Shown here one piece after another: positions 1 to 10,718 of a stretch of 64,000 nucleotides of DNA. A program made the translations under genes and the position numbers. Under the pieces are notes generated by a model, which was given only the letters and a program-made list of their open reading frames with translations, searched no databases and had not been told where the DNA came from. The number at the start of each line of letters is the position of its first letter. Position 1 is the first letter of the stretch. The stretch is from Gammaproteobacteria bacterium (lineage in GTDB: Bacteria; Pseudomonadota; Gammaproteobacteria; Eutrophobiales; Eutrophobiaceae). Where the stretch lies: NCBI GenBank assembly GCA_965222155.1, contig CBDCTH010000012.1, forward strand, positions 3,232,001 through 3,296,000, given 5' to 3'.

Positions 1-73
1 CATGTAATTTATGCTGCCTATCCCGCATTATCGCCCCGGGACCCATTAAGTATCGATCCCGATTCCACTCCCC

Positions 74-1336
74 ATGACTGAAGCCCTGCTCCTGACGGTC
101 CTGATTGCAGTCCTCATCCTGCTGCGTCAGAATCTTGTGGTCGTGCTTGGTGTGGCTACTTTCTATGTCTACCGGGTCTATGGGGATGAGCCGCTGCGTT
201 ATGTCATCCTGGATGGCTGGCACGCGTTAAATAAGGACATCCTGCTTTCGATCCCCCTGTTTATCCTTGCCGGCCAGATTATGACGCGCGGTACCATGGC
301 CGATCGTCTGGTGCGTCTGGTCAAGGCCGTCACCGCGCCGGTCCCTGGTGGTCTTGCCGTTGCAACTGTGCTTTCCTGCGCGTTGTTCGCAGCCATTTCC
401 GGTTCGTCCACTGTGACTCTGCTGGCGGTGGGAGGAATCATGTACCCGGCGCTCTTGCATGCGGGTTACTCCAAGTCTTTTTCGCTCGGCGCCCTATGCG
501 CAGCCGGCACCCTGGGCATTGTGGTACCATCCAGCATACCCTTGATTTTATATGGTGTGATGACCCATACCTCCATTACCGATTTGTTTATTGCGGGCAT
601 CCTGCCGGCGCTGGTCCTCACCGCGCTGATGAGTGCTTATGCACTCTGGTTCAACCGTATGATTCCTGCGGGCAGTCTGGACCTGGGCGAATTGTAGGAA
701 GCCTTACAACAGGGTATCTGGTCATTGTTCATGCCGGTCTTGATCCTGGGAGGAATCTACAGCGGCCACTTCACCGCGACGGAATCCGCCGCGGTTGCCG
801 TGGTATACGCTTTTGTTGTGGAATTGTTCATCCATCGCGAACTGAAACTGGCGCAATCCCATGAAGTGATTGCCGACACCACCAGGCTGCTGGGTTCACT
901 GTTTCCGGTGCTGATGTTTGCCGTCAGTCTCAATACTTTTCTCACCTATGAACAGGCGCCCATGACGGCAGCTGCCTGGTTTGCCGAACATGTTGCCAAT
1001 CAACAAGGGTTTTTACTGGGTGCCAACCTGTTCCTGTTGCTGGTAGGCGCTATTATGGACATCGGCTCAGCGATACTGGTTCTGGCCCCGACGCTGAAGC
1101 CCATCGCCCAGAGCCTGGGAATGGACCCGGTGCATTTCGGTATCGTCATGATCGTCAACCTGGAGATCGGTTACCTGACCCCACCGTTCGGATTGAACCT
1201 GATCATCGCGATGGGCGCGTTCAAGGTGACTTTCATGGAAGCCTGTAAAAGCGTCGTTCCGTTTCTTCTGCTGATGTTGTGCGGGCTGTTTATGGTGAGT
1301 TTTTTACCGGGGTTATCGCTGTTCTTATTGGGTTGA
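74..1336 (+). pseudogene. dctM: TRAP transporter large permease (DctM family), interrupted by an in-frame TAG at 695-697
   Basis: ORFs 74-697 and 725-1336 share a frame. DctM motifs IPLFILAG, FAAISGSS, GIVVPSSIP, DPVHFG..N.EIG..TPP.G. Context TTG TAG GAA GCC suggests TGG>TAG. Confidence 0.88.
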
Positions 1337-1423
1337 TGGGCCGGGACCAGAACGCCGATACACTGCCATACGGGGCTGAGCCGAAATCCGCTGAAATAAT
1401 GAATTGGGACGAACGGTGTCAGA

Positions 1424-1601
1424 TGCTCCCGCTAAATCGAGGTCAATACAGTGATTCTTGTCGGATTCGAAGACGGGAGGGGACAGATTTAAATCTGTCC
1501 CCCGGGAGACTGACCATAACGGGGCATGTTTCCCTGGGAGGGAGGGCGTCTCGCCCTCCACGAGGGCAGGATGCCCTCGATCCCGGGAGTCAGCGGGAGC
1601 A
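1424..1601 (+). mobile_element. ~175-bp non-autonomous repeat (element B, copy 1)
   Basis: 10-bp terminal inverted repeat TGCTCCCGCT/AGCGGGAGCA. Homologous to 3067-3235 and 50966-51452, both in the opposite orientation. Confidence 0.8.
1479..1502. repeat. REP-like palindrome GGGGACAGATTTAAATCTGTCCCC (family A)
   Basis: Perfect palindrome; relatives at 3158, 6620, 18356 and 46944. Confidence 0.85.
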
Positions 1602-1612
1602 CCTGGAACGGC

Positions 1613-2491
1613 GTGAATAAGCTTGACAGAATACTGATGGTGACACTGGGTTGTGCTGATCTTGCAGCTGCTGAAGAGGCCTATTGCCGCCATTTACACT
1701 ACCGGCGGGTCGACTCAGGCTGTATACCCGGGGAACTGGCGCAGATGTGGGGGCTGGAGGCGGTCGCCGGGTCGGACTATACCTTGCTGGCGCCCGAGGC
1801 TGACACTCGGCATTTTATCCGCTTGATCCGGATTGACGCCGGTTACGAAATTCGACCTTTCAGCGGAGCCGGATGGAACGCGGTGGAGATCCTCGTCAAC
1901 GACGTAGACAGCCTGGCAGACTCCCTGATCGGTTCCCCGTTTACTATTGTCGGCCCGCCCGCTGATTTGTCTTTCACCGACAGGGTCCGGGCCTGCCAGG
2001 TAACAGGTCCGGCCGGCGAAGCGATCTACCTGACCCAGATCAAGGGCGCCATCCCCGGTTTCAGTCTGCCGGAGACTGAGCGAAGCGTGGCGCATTGTTT
2101 TGTCATTATCCTGGCGACAGCTTCACTCTCCGCCGCCAAAGGCTTTTACCGGGACCGCTTCGCTGTCGCCGATGCACCGGTCATTGACGCGCGGGTCACC
2201 ATGTTGTCAGCAGCCTTTGGACTGCCCCGCGACTACCTGCACAGGATCTCGGCGCTCACCCTGGGCAACCCGGGTTACCTGATTGAAGTGGATGAACTCC
2301 CGCCCGCCAGCGCGGAAAGGCGGGCGATAACAGGATTACTTCCGCCGGGTATTGCGATCGTGAGTTTTACCAGCAATTCAGTCCTGGATAGCAGCAGGAA
2401 CCGCCCACTTGCCAGCCATCCTTATGACGGCAGGCAAGTAGGTTTTTATTCGGGGCCATCCGGTGAAATGCTGGAATTGGTCTATTCTTGA
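1613..2491 (+). CDS. Two-domain VOC/glyoxalase-like protein
   Basis: Repeated beta-alpha-beta modules ending GPAGEAIYL and GPSGEMLELV. Start moved to GTG 1613 because the ORF-track extension translates element B. Confidence 0.6.
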   Translation: MNKLDRILMVTLGCADLAAAEEAYCRHLHYRRVDSGCIPGELAQMWGLEAVAGSDYTLLAPEADTRHFIRLIRIDAGYEIRPFSGAGWNAVEILVNDVDSLADSLIGSPFTIVGPPADLSFTDRVRACQVTGPAGEAIYLTQIKGAIPGFSLPETERSVAHCFVIILATASLSAAKGFYRDRFAVADAPVIDARVTMLSAAFGLPRDYLHRISALTLGNPGYLIEVDELPPASAERRAITGLLPPGIAIVSFTSNSVLDSSRNRPLASHPYDGRQVGFYSGPSGEMLELVYS

Positions 2492-3060
2492 GATTTATTT
2501 CCGTGCGCGCCGAAGACGCAGTAGTCTTCCTTTTCCACCAGGTCAAAGGCGAACAGGAACTTTGTCATACCGCTCAGCACGGCCATGACCATGCCAAGCT
2601 CCAGCAGTTCACCATCGCTGAAATGGTTTTTCAGGTCCGCGTACAGGGATTGCGTCAACACGCCATCCGGGTTGGTGAGCAGCATCTGGTCGGCCAGCCT
2701 TAATGCGGCTTTTTCCGCGGCGCTGAAGGAGGCGTCTTCATAGTCGGACAGACCCACGATTTCAGCTTCGGTCAACCCGGCCGCCAGGGCGTCCCGGCGG
2801 TTACCCTGGTTGCAGAAACGGCAGCCGTGGATAGTGGACAAACGCAGCCGCACCAGTTCCTTGATGCGCCGGGGAACTGTGCCGCCGTAGAATACTTCCT
2901 GGTAAAATCGTCCCGTATACCAGTCGAATAACCCGGGGTTATTCCCGAATACCTCAAAAAACGTGGCATCGCCGCGCAGTTCCATGGATTTCTGCCAGGC
3001 GTCGCGTAAGTTTTCCGGCAGCTCATCCCGGTGGACGCGTTTAAGAAAAGGTGATGGCAT
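2482..3060 (-). CDS. Carboxymuconolactone decarboxylase/AhpD family protein
   Basis: KELVRLRLS..HGCRFC CxxC motif and FSDGELLEL. Start at MPSPFL (3060); upstream ORF extension is element B. Confidence 0.85.
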   Translation of the reverse strand: MPSPFLKRVHRDELPENLRDAWQKSMELRGDATFFEVFGNNPGLFDWYTGRFYQEVFYGGTVPRRIKELVRLRLSTIHGCRFCNQGNRRDALAAGLTEAEIVGLSDYEDASFSAAEKAALRLADQMLLTNPDGVLTQSLYADLKNHFSDGELLELGMVMAVLSGMTKFLFAFDLVEKEDYCVFGAHGNKSQE

Positions 3061-3066
3061 AACAGC

Positions 3067-3235
3067 AGTTCCCGCTAACTCCCGGGTTCGGGGGCATCCT
3101 GCCCTCGTGGAGGACGAGACGCCCTCCCTTCCAGGGAAACATGCCCCGTGACTCCTGGGGGACAGATTTAAATCTGTCCCCTCTGTCTTCGAAGCCAGCA
3201 AGAATCACTATATTGACCACGAGTCAGCGGGAGTA
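3067..3235 (-). mobile_element. Element B, copy 2 (contains family A palindrome at 3158-3181)
   Basis: Reverse-complement homolog of 1424-1601. Confidence 0.8.
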
Positions 3236-3262
3236 CCTGATGGCATAATCAGTCCTACTACT

Positions 3263-3290
3263 TGTCATAATAATATAATTATATAACATG
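3263..3290. promoter_or_regulatory. Putative GntR-type operator upstream of the CoA-transferase
   Basis: TGTCATA..TATAAT..TATAACAT resembles the palindrome at 6671-6690. Confidence 0.4.
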
Positions 3291-3350
3291 TCATCGAGGT
3301 GACATAATACGGCAACTCCCGCTGGTGCTTGCAGGACTACAGAACAGACT

Positions 3351-4535
3351 ATGACAGGCCAGGAATTACCGCTCGACGGGATCAGGGTCGTTGAATTCTC
3401 CCACATGGTCATGGGGCCTAGTGCCGGCTTGTTGCTTGCCGACCTGGGCGCCGACGTCATCAAGGTGGAACCGTTGGGTGGGGATAATACGCGGCGCCTG
3501 CGGGGTTCCGGCGCGGGTTATTTTTCCATGTACAACCGTAACAAGCGCAGCGTTTGCATCGATCTCAAGTCGGAACAGGGCGGGGAAATCGCCAGGCGCC
3601 TGATCAGGAACGCCGACGTATTTATCGAGAATTTCCGACCCGGCGCCATGGACCAGGCAGGTTATGGCTACAATGAGCTGTCAAAAGACAACCCTGGATT
3701 ATTATATTACTCCGCCAGGGGCTTTCTTTCTGGGCCCTACGAACAACGTACCGCGCTGGATGAAGTCGCGCAGATGATGGGCGGACTGGCCTATATGACC
3801 GGCCCGCCCGGGCAACCGTTACGCGCAGGCGCTTCGGTGATCGACGTGATGGGCGGCATGTTCGGCGTTATCGGCATCCTCTCGGCGTTGGAGCTGCGCC
3901 ATCACAGCGGCCGGGGCCAACGCATCGACAGCGCCTTGTTTGAAAGTACGGCCTTCCTGGTCGGCCAACACATGGCGCAGTACGCCGTGACCGGTGAGCC
4001 GGCCCCGCCCATGCCGGTGAGAATATCTGCCTGGGCAATTTATGATATCTTCGACTGCGAGGACGGGAAACAGGTATTTGTCGCTGTAGTCAGTGATACC
4101 CAGTGGAAGAAATTCTGTGATGATTTCTCCCTGGATGAATTCGCCCGGGATGAGACTCTTGACAATAATGCCGGCAGGGTAGACCGGCGTGATACGATCA
4201 TCCCGCGGGTACGTTCGCTGTTCCTGGGCTTTAGCGCAGAGGAACTGATGCAACGGCTCGATCAGTGCGGCCTGCCCTATGCCCCCATAGCCAGGCCTGA
4301 GGATCTGTTCGACGATCCGCACCTGTTGGCATCCGGCGGCCTGCTGGATCTGACCACGCCGGAAGGCCGGCGCACCAGCTTGCCGGCATTGCCCGTGCAG
4401 ATGAATGGAAAACGCCTGGGGTTAAGGCGAGAGGTGCCGCAGCAGGGAGAGCATACCCGTGAGGTCATGCAGGAACTGGGATTTACCGACGCCGATATCG
4501 ACGCGCTGATCAATGCCCGGGTGGTGGCGGGCTAG
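3351..4535 (+). CDS. CaiB/BaiF family III CoA-transferase
   Basis: PLDGIRVVEF, LADLGADVIKVEP, NRNKRS, ENFRPG, GEHTREV. Confidence 0.93.
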   Translation: MTGQELPLDGIRVVEFSHMVMGPSAGLLLADLGADVIKVEPLGGDNTRRLRGSGAGYFSMYNRNKRSVCIDLKSEQGGEIARRLIRNADVFIENFRPGAMDQAGYGYNELSKDNPGLLYYSARGFLSGPYEQRTALDEVAQMMGGLAYMTGPPGQPLRAGASVIDVMGGMFGVIGILSALELRHHSGRGQRIDSALFESTAFLVGQHMAQYAVTGEPAPPMPVRISAWAIYDIFDCEDGKQVFVAVVSDTQWKKFCDDFSLDEFARDETLDNNAGRVDRRDTIIPRVRSLFLGFSAEELMQRLDQCGLPYAPIARPEDLFDDPHLLASGGLLDLTTPEGRRTSLPALPVQMNGKRLGLRREVPQQGEHTREVMQELGFTDADIDALINARVVAG

Positions 4536-4569
4536 ACCGGATATTGAACCGGTAGATGTGACAGCAAGG

Positions 4570-5199
4570 CTAACGCCTCAGATAAGCCCAACTACGTGTT
4601 TGCCTGTCCCTGAGCTGAAACTCCTCTATCAATTCCGTATGCTTCAGGGTTATCTCAATGGCATCCAGTCCCTGCAGCAGCATTTCCTTGTATATCGGTT
4701 CAATATTGAAACGGAAGCTCTGTCCTGTATCACTGCTGACCGTTGTGTTTTGCAGGCCGATGGTGATGCGGCTAAGCGTGGACGCGCTGGGGTTGACGCA
4801 TAACGCGTTGATTGACGGCTCCGGCAGTCTTACCGACAGCAAGCCGTTACGCATTGCGTTATGGTAGAAGATGGATCCAAAACTGGGCGCAATAATAGCT
4901 CTGAAGCCGTATTCCAGCAGCGCCCAGACCGCGTGTTCCCGGGATGAGCCGCAGCCGAAATTACTGCCGGCCAGTAGTATACTGGCGCCGGCATACTGTG
5001 GTCTGTTGAGTATGAACTCATGGTTGATCTCCCGCTTCTCCCGACCCCCGCTAAGATAGCGCCAGCCGGCAAACAATCCCTCGCCCAGACCGCGTTTTGA
5101 TACATGACGTATCTCGCGTGAGGGAATGATGGTATCGGTGTCGATATTGATACGGTTTAACGGCGCCGCAGTGCCCTCATGGATAACAAAAGGTTTCAT
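4570..5199 (-). CDS. leuD: 3-isopropylmalate dehydratase small subunit-like
   Basis: NIDTDTIIP, NFGCGSSREHAVWAL, NGLL. Probably a catabolic paralog given the context. Confidence 0.88.
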   Translation of the reverse strand: MKPFVIHEGTAAPLNRINIDTDTIIPSREIRHVSKRGLGEGLFAGWRYLSGGREKREINHEFILNRPQYAGASILLAGSNFGCGSSREHAVWALLEYGFRAIIAPSFGSIFYHNAMRNGLLSVRLPEPSINALCVNPSASTLSRITIGLQNTTVSSDTGQSFRFNIEPIYKEMLLQGLDAIEITLKHTELIEEFQLRDRQTRSWAYLRR

Positions 5200-6608
5200 T
5201 AAAGATTCCTGAGAGAACGCACATCCGTAATGCAGCCTTTGAGCGCCGAGGCCGCGACGGTTACCGGACTGGCCAGGTGGGAACGCACTCCCGGACCCTG
5301 GCGTCCTTCAAAGTTACGATTCGTGCTGGTAATAACGCGATTACCCGCGCAGAAACCCTCACCTCCGGCGTAAAAACACATCGAACAACCAGCCTCGCGC
5401 CATTCAAATCCAGCGTCCTGGAAGATTTCATGGATTCCTTCCTGCTCTGCTGCGTGTTTGACCTGACCGGAACCTGGAACACAGATCGCTTTGACGCCCT
5501 GCGCAATCCTGTTGCCTTTGAGGATAGCGGCCGCGGCGCGCAAATCACTGAGCCGGCTGTTTGTGCATGAACCGATAAACGCTGCGTCGATAGGAACAGA
5601 GGCGATGGCGGCGCCGGCATTGAGACCCATGTAATCCAGGGCGCGCTGCATCCCCAGGCGCGCTGTTGCGTTAGGCTCCGCACTCGGATCAGGTATCACT
5701 GCGGAGACACCTATGACGTGTTGTGGACTGGTCCCCCAGGTGACGCTCGGTTCGACCTGCCCAAGGTCCAGGTATAATTCCTTATCGTAAATTGCGCCCA
5801 CATCGGTGTGCAGTTTGCCCCAGTAGTCCAGTGCCGCATCCCAATCGGCACCTGCAGGGGTATAGGGGCGTCCGGCGATGTACTCCAGCGTTGCCTCATC
5901 GGGGGCGATAATCCCCGTAAAAGCAGAAAATTCCACGGCCATATTGCACAGGGTCATCCTGGCTTCCAGAGACAATTGTCTGATACCGGGACCGTGGTAC
6001 TCGATTACGTAGCCGCTCCCGCCAGAGGCGGAATATTTTCCAATCAGGTGCAGGATCACGTCTTTAGCGGTTACGCCGGCAGACAGGTTCCCCTGCAGGT
6101 ATACTCCCATTTGTCCCGGTTTGACGACCCTCAGGGTCTCGGTAGCCAGGGCATGCTCGCAGTCGCTTGATCCGATCCCCCAGGCCAGTGCGCCCAGTGC
6201 GCCCAGGGTGCAGGTATGGCTGTCCGGGCAGACGACAGTCAGCCCAGGCAGGGCGATGCCCTGTTCGGCAGATATGACATGAGAGATGCCCTGGCGCGGG
6301 TCATTGATGTCAAACAGCGTGATGCCGTTGCGCCTGGCTTCCTGGCGCGTCTGGGTAATGAACTGTCGGCCGCCGGGCATGGTGGTCTCATCGCCGCGGC
6401 CGGGAAAGGTATCGATGATGTGATCCATGGTGCAAAAAACCTGACCCGGATTTCTTACCCGGCGGCCTGTTTCAGCCATGCTGCGTAACGCAATGCTGCC
6501 GGTGCGCTCATGCAGGAAAATACGATCGATATGGAGCAGGGAGGAGCCGTCCCCCAGGTCGGCGATCAGGTGATCCTGCCAGATTTTATCGAATAATGTC
6601 TTCGGCAT
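5199..6608 (-). CDS. leuC: 3-isopropylmalate dehydratase large subunit-like (aconitase family)
   Basis: DSHTCTLGALG, FIGSCTNSR, GCSMC, STNRNFEGRQG [4Fe-4S] motifs. Confidence 0.9.
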   Translation of the reverse strand: MPKTLFDKIWQDHLIADLGDGSSLLHIDRIFLHERTGSIALRSMAETGRRVRNPGQVFCTMDHIIDTFPGRGDETTMPGGRQFITQTRQEARRNGITLFDINDPRQGISHVISAEQGIALPGLTVVCPDSHTCTLGALGALAWGIGSSDCEHALATETLRVVKPGQMGVYLQGNLSAGVTAKDVILHLIGKYSASGGSGYVIEYHGPGIRQLSLEARMTLCNMAVEFSAFTGIIAPDEATLEYIAGRPYTPAGADWDAALDYWGKLHTDVGAIYDKELYLDLGQVEPSVTWGTSPQHVIGVSAVIPDPSAEPNATARLGMQRALDYMGLNAGAAIASVPIDAAFIGSCTNSRLSDLRAAAAILKGNRIAQGVKAICVPGSGQVKHAAEQEGIHEIFQDAGFEWREAGCSMCFYAGGEGFCAGNRVITSTNRNFEGRQGPGVRSHLASPVTVAASALKGCITDVRSLRNL

Positions 6609-6619
6609 TTACTGTGTCC

Positions 6620-6644
6620 GGGGACGGATTTAAAATCCGTCCCC
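6620..6644. repeat. Family A palindrome
   Basis: GGGGACGGATTT-A-AAATCCGTCCCC. Confidence 0.8.
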
Positions 6645-6670
6645 ATTTTCCGGGCATTGTTTCCCCGATT

Positions 6671-6690
6671 ATGTTATAAAAGTATAACAT
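6671..6690. promoter_or_regulatory. Palindromic operator ATGTTATA-N4-TATAACAT between divergent leuC and amidohydrolase
   Basis: Perfect 8-bp inverted repeat. A GntR/UTRA regulator is encoded at 8202-8972. Confidence 0.6.
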
Positions 6691-6722
6691 TAGAACCTTG
6701 TCCAGGTTGCATAAAGAACGTC

Positions 6723-8183
6723 ATGACAGTTGATTTGCTGATTAAGGACGTAAGAGTAGTCAAACCGCACAGTCTCTCGGTTGAAACTGCGGATATAGCC
6801 ATATCTGATGGTATGTTCAGCCGAATTGCACCGAATATCGACCCGGCGACGGCGCGTGAGGTGGTGGACGGCAGGCAACGCCTGGCATTCCCCGGTGTCA
6901 TCGATGCCCACATGCATACGGGGATTTATGCGCCCTTGGCTGAAGACGCGGTCAGTGAAAGCCGTGCGGCGGCCATGGGCGGCGTCACATCCAGCCTGAA
7001 TTATATGCGCACCGGCAAGTATTACCTGAACAGGAGCGGTCCCTACCGTGAGTTTTTCCCACAGGTGTTAGCCGGGTCCGAGGGGCGGTTCCACGTGGAT
7101 TATGCCTACCACCTGGCGCCGATGATGGCGGCGCACATCGCTGAAATCGACGAACTGATAGACCGCTTCGGCGTGACTTCATTCAAGATTTTCATGTTTT
7201 ACGGTTCTCACGGCTTGCACGGAAAATCCGACGATCAAAGCGATTTTCTCATGATCGGCAAGGATGAACGTTATGATTTCGCCCACTTCGAGTTTGTCAT
7301 GCGCGGTATTCGCAAGGCCATGGACCGCTTTCCCGACAAGGCGCAACAGATCAGTCTGAGCATGCACTGTGAAACAGCGGAAATCATGCGGGCCTACACG
7401 CGCCTGGTCGAGGAGGAAGGCCGGCTCAGCGGTCTGCCCGCCTACCATGCCTCGCGTCCGCCCCACTCTGAAGGACTGGCCATATTCATTGCCTCTTACC
7501 TGGCCCACGAAACGGACTGTGTGAATATCAACCTGCTGCACTTGTCTTCCCGCAAGGCGGTGGAGGCCGCACTGTTGATGGCGGAGGCGTTTCCCCACAT
7601 CAACTTCCGGCGCGAGGTGACCATAGGCCATCTCATGCTGGATACGGCTGCTGAGTGCGGTCCCCTGGCCAAGGTCAATCCGCCGATTCGCCCTCGTGCG
7701 GACGTGGAATACCTGTGGGAAATGCTGCTGGACGGGAAACTGGACTGGGTGGTAAGCGATCATGCCTGCTGCCGGCACGAACTGAAGGTTGACGGCGCCG
7801 AGCCGGGCAACGTGTTTCTGGCAAAATCCGGGTTTGGCGGTACGGAATACCTGCTCCCTGCGCTGATCAGCGCAGGAACCCGCAGGGGAATGAGCCTGAA
7901 TCATATCGCCGAGTTATCCAGTTATAACCCGGCAAGGCGTTTCGGTTTGAACGGCAAGGGCGATATCGCACCCGGCTGTGACGCCGATCTGGTTCTGGTC
8001 GATCCCGGTGAAAGCTGGATCGTGCGGGCACAGGAATCTCCCTCCACCCAGGGTTACACCCCTTTCGAAGGAATAGAATTATCGGCGCGGGTGAAGCAGA
8101 CCTGGCTGCGCGGCCGCTTGATCTATGACGGCAACATAGTCGGCGAACCCGCCGGAAAATACCTTAATCGGCCTTACCGGTAA
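6723..8183 (+). CDS. Cyclic amidohydrolase (allantoinase/dihydroorotase/dihydropyrimidinase family)
   Basis: PGVIDAHMH metal motif, KVNPPIR, SDHA, KGDIAPGCDADLVLVD. Confidence 0.9.
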   Translation: MTVDLLIKDVRVVKPHSLSVETADIAISDGMFSRIAPNIDPATAREVVDGRQRLAFPGVIDAHMHTGIYAPLAEDAVSESRAAAMGGVTSSLNYMRTGKYYLNRSGPYREFFPQVLAGSEGRFHVDYAYHLAPMMAAHIAEIDELIDRFGVTSFKIFMFYGSHGLHGKSDDQSDFLMIGKDERYDFAHFEFVMRGIRKAMDRFPDKAQQISLSMHCETAEIMRAYTRLVEEEGRLSGLPAYHASRPPHSEGLAIFIASYLAHETDCVNINLLHLSSRKAVEAALLMAEAFPHINFRREVTIGHLMLDTAAECGPLAKVNPPIRPRADVEYLWEMLLDGKLDWVVSDHACCRHELKVDGAEPGNVFLAKSGFGGTEYLLPALISAGTRRGMSLNHIAELSSYNPARRFGLNGKGDIAPGCDADLVLVDPGESWIVRAQESPSTQGYTPFEGIELSARVKQTWLRGRLIYDGNIVGEPAGKYLNRPYR

Positions 8184-8201
8184 ATGGTGGAACGGAATAT
8201 G

Positions 8202-8972
8202 TTACTTCAGTGTAAGCGACATGCGGTACTGGAACCGGTCAGGGTTGTAGACGGCGCTCAAATGATCCACCTGTTTCCCGTCCTCAGCAAACGAACGCCG
8301 TATGAGTTTCAGCAACGGTTTCCCCGGCACAATACCAAGGGCATTGGCAGCAGACGGCAACGCGGCTTCCGCGCTCAGGGTCTGCTCGGCGCGGGCTATT
8401 TTCACCCCGTATTTCCGCAGCAGTTCCAGCCGCGGGTGTTTTTCCAGCGCCTGTTTCCGGATGGACTTGTCAAACCCGAGCGACCAGCTTTCGTAGTAGG
8501 CAAACGGCAGCTCGCGGTTGCTCCTTATACGCACCATGTGGCACAGCAACTGCTCGTCGGAAATGCCGAATTCATCAATGATATGCGCTGGCGGGCGTAT
8601 AAAACGCAGGCTCAGCATTTTGATTTTCGTTTCCCTGCCCATGTGCTCCAGGCTTTCCAGCGCGTCAGTCAGCGGTGCATTGAGCAATTCCGGGTGATAG
8701 TGGTAATTTACAAACGTGCCGCGGCCGCGCTGGCGCGCAACCAGATCTTCCGCCGCAAGGTCATCCAGGGCGCGTCTTGCAGTGATGCGGGATACCTTGA
8801 AGGTGGTGGACAATTCCTTTTCGGACGGCATTCTGGAACCGTCTTCCAGTACGCCCCCGAGGATACAGTCCCGCAACATGGAATAAAGCTGATGATACAA
8901 CGGCGTAGGCGAGCCCGGATCCAGGACCCCGTGGTGATATTTGCTAAGCAGTGTCAGCGTTGCGTCCATCAT
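8202..8972 (-). CDS. GntR family regulator with UTRA domain (HutC subfamily)
   Basis: PLYHQL..MPSEKEL..VSRITARRAL..RGRGTFV, C-terminal YNPDRFQY. Confidence 0.92.
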   Translation of the reverse strand: MMDATLTLLSKYHHGVLDPGSPTPLYHQLYSMLRDCILGGVLEDGSRMPSEKELSTTFKVSRITARRALDDLAAEDLVARQRGRGTFVNYHYHPELLNAPLTDALESLEHMGRETKIKMLSLRFIRPPAHIIDEFGISDEQLLCHMVRIRSNRELPFAYYESWSLGFDKSIRKQALEKHPRLELLRKYGVKIARAEQTLSAEAALPSAANALGIVPGKPLLKLIRRSFAEDGKQVDHLSAVYNPDRFQYRMSLTLK

Positions 8973-9110
8973 ACAGGCATCAGCTTGTTACAATATGCTT
9001 GAAAAATTACCAAAGTACATTGATATAGCGATAAGATCAATCGCTTATACTTTGTGATCGAAAATCTTTATAATCAGGCCCATTAAACTACAACATGGGA
9101 GGCCAGAATC

Positions 9111-10285
9111 ATGCAGACCAGTGAATTGGAACAAAACAAACACGCTGTCTTACCGGAACCGACCCATGACGAACTTGCGCGGCAGCAGTTCGTACGTTCA
9201 TTCAAGGAGCATCTCGTTGCCCAGGTCCATCCGGGCAACCGGCTGGCGTATGAGAACAGGGTGAAACCGGCTTTTGTCAAGCAGCATGGGCGTGAGCCGG
9301 AAAGCCGTTTCGAGGTCCGTGACGTGATGACCGTAGACCCCCATTATCGCATGTTCAGCGCGCTGCTGCGTACCAGCCAGGAAATGATGTGGTCCGCTTC
9401 ACAGCAGCCGGTGCAGAGAAAGCTGGGGGAATTGGTGGAAAAGGCAAAAGCGACGGGAAACGCAGGGGGCAGCCTGAGGCTTGATCCCGACCTGGAAATA
9501 CCGCGTTACCACCAGGCCGTGGATATCCATTGCCAACCGGGCGGCTACCATACCGAGGTGACCGATGACGACGTCGCCCCCGGGGCAATCTATGACCGAG
9601 CAGTCTTTATTTATGCCATGGGACAGATGGGACCGGACAACGCGGATATGGGCGGCAGTACCGTTGCCTGGATCAAGGAGAATTACCCCGATTTCAACCC
9701 GGCGCGTATTCTGGATATGGGTTGTGCGGTAGGCCACAGCACGGTTCCCTATGCGCAGGCCTGGCCCGATGCGGAAGTGCGTGGTATCGATGTGGCCGCG
9801 CCCATGTTGCGTTATGCCCATGCGCGGGCGGAGTCCTTGGGCGCGAAAATACATTACTCCCAGCAGAACGCGGAAAAACGGACTTTGAAGACGCTTCGTT
9901 CGACCTGATCGTTTCCCATATCCTGTTACACGAAACCTCAGAGAAGGCGATCCGCCACGTTATTTCCGAGTGTCACCGTTTGTTGAGACCTGGAGGGTTG
10001 ATGGTCCGTGCGGAGACACCTCCCTATAAAAACCTGGAGCCATTCGATGCTTTCATGCTGGACTGAGATACCCGTAACAACAACGAACCGTTCTGGGGAC
10101 GCTCCCACGATATTGATTACGTCGAGTTGAGTGCGAATGCCGGCTTTGACCCGGAAACTGTATTCGAGGTCATGGCGCCCAGCGCCTACCAGATTGCCCA
10201 GGCTAGGCGCTCCAAGGTATTCCAGGGCGGGGATTTCGGCGGCGGCCTGTGGTTCCTGTATGGCGCTGAAAAGCAGGGGTCGTGA
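9111..10285 (+). pseudogene. Class I SAM-dependent methyltransferase, frameshift at A-run 9874-9878 and in-frame TGA at 10064-10066
   Basis: ILDMGCAVGHST, then in the shifted frame FEDASFDLIVSHILLHE, then LD*DTRNNNEPFW continuing to TGA 10285. Confidence 0.82.
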
Positions 10286-10290
10286 AGCCG

Positions 10291-10647
10291 ATGAGTGAGC
10301 AACCACAATTAAAACGCAAGGCCAAAGGCGAAAGACCGTATTTTTTTTCCGATCCCTCCATCGACAAATTACTGGCAATGCTGATGGGACTGGCGGGAGA
10401 AGTATCGGTGTTGCGCGACCGGCTGGATACCGTCGAACGACTGGCCGAACAGAATAAGTTATTCACCCGCTCGGAGATTGAGAATTACCAGCCGGACGAA
10501 ACCGCCCTCAGGGAACGCGCGCAGCGGCGCGCCATTCTGCTCGGAGAAGTCACGCGTATCATCCAGGCGGAACTGGAAGGGATGCAGGATGACGGCGAAA
10601 CCCCGTACAGCCAAGCGATGGAACTGGTGACAGGGGTGAATGACTGA
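10291..10647 (+). CDS. Hypothetical coiled-coil protein downstream of the methyltransferase
   Basis: Coupled to the upstream gene; AKGERPYFFSDP..GEVSVLRDRLDTVERL. Confidence 0.7.
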   Translation: MSEQPQLKRKAKGERPYFFSDPSIDKLLAMLMGLAGEVSVLRDRLDTVERLAEQNKLFTRSEIENYQPDETALRERAQRRAILLGEVTRIIQAELEGMQDDGETPYSQAMELVTGVND

Positions 10648-10718
10648 TGAAGCGGGCAGAGGGAAGCGCTGACAGAGCAGTAATTACTCCTATCCGTAAA
10701 ATCAGGAAGTCTTGAGCC

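Noticed and set aside
10064-10066. Selenocysteine or TGA=Trp recoding in the methyltransferase
   Set aside because: The gene is also frameshifted, TGA is a normal stop elsewhere in the window, and the context fits a TGG>TGA mutation.
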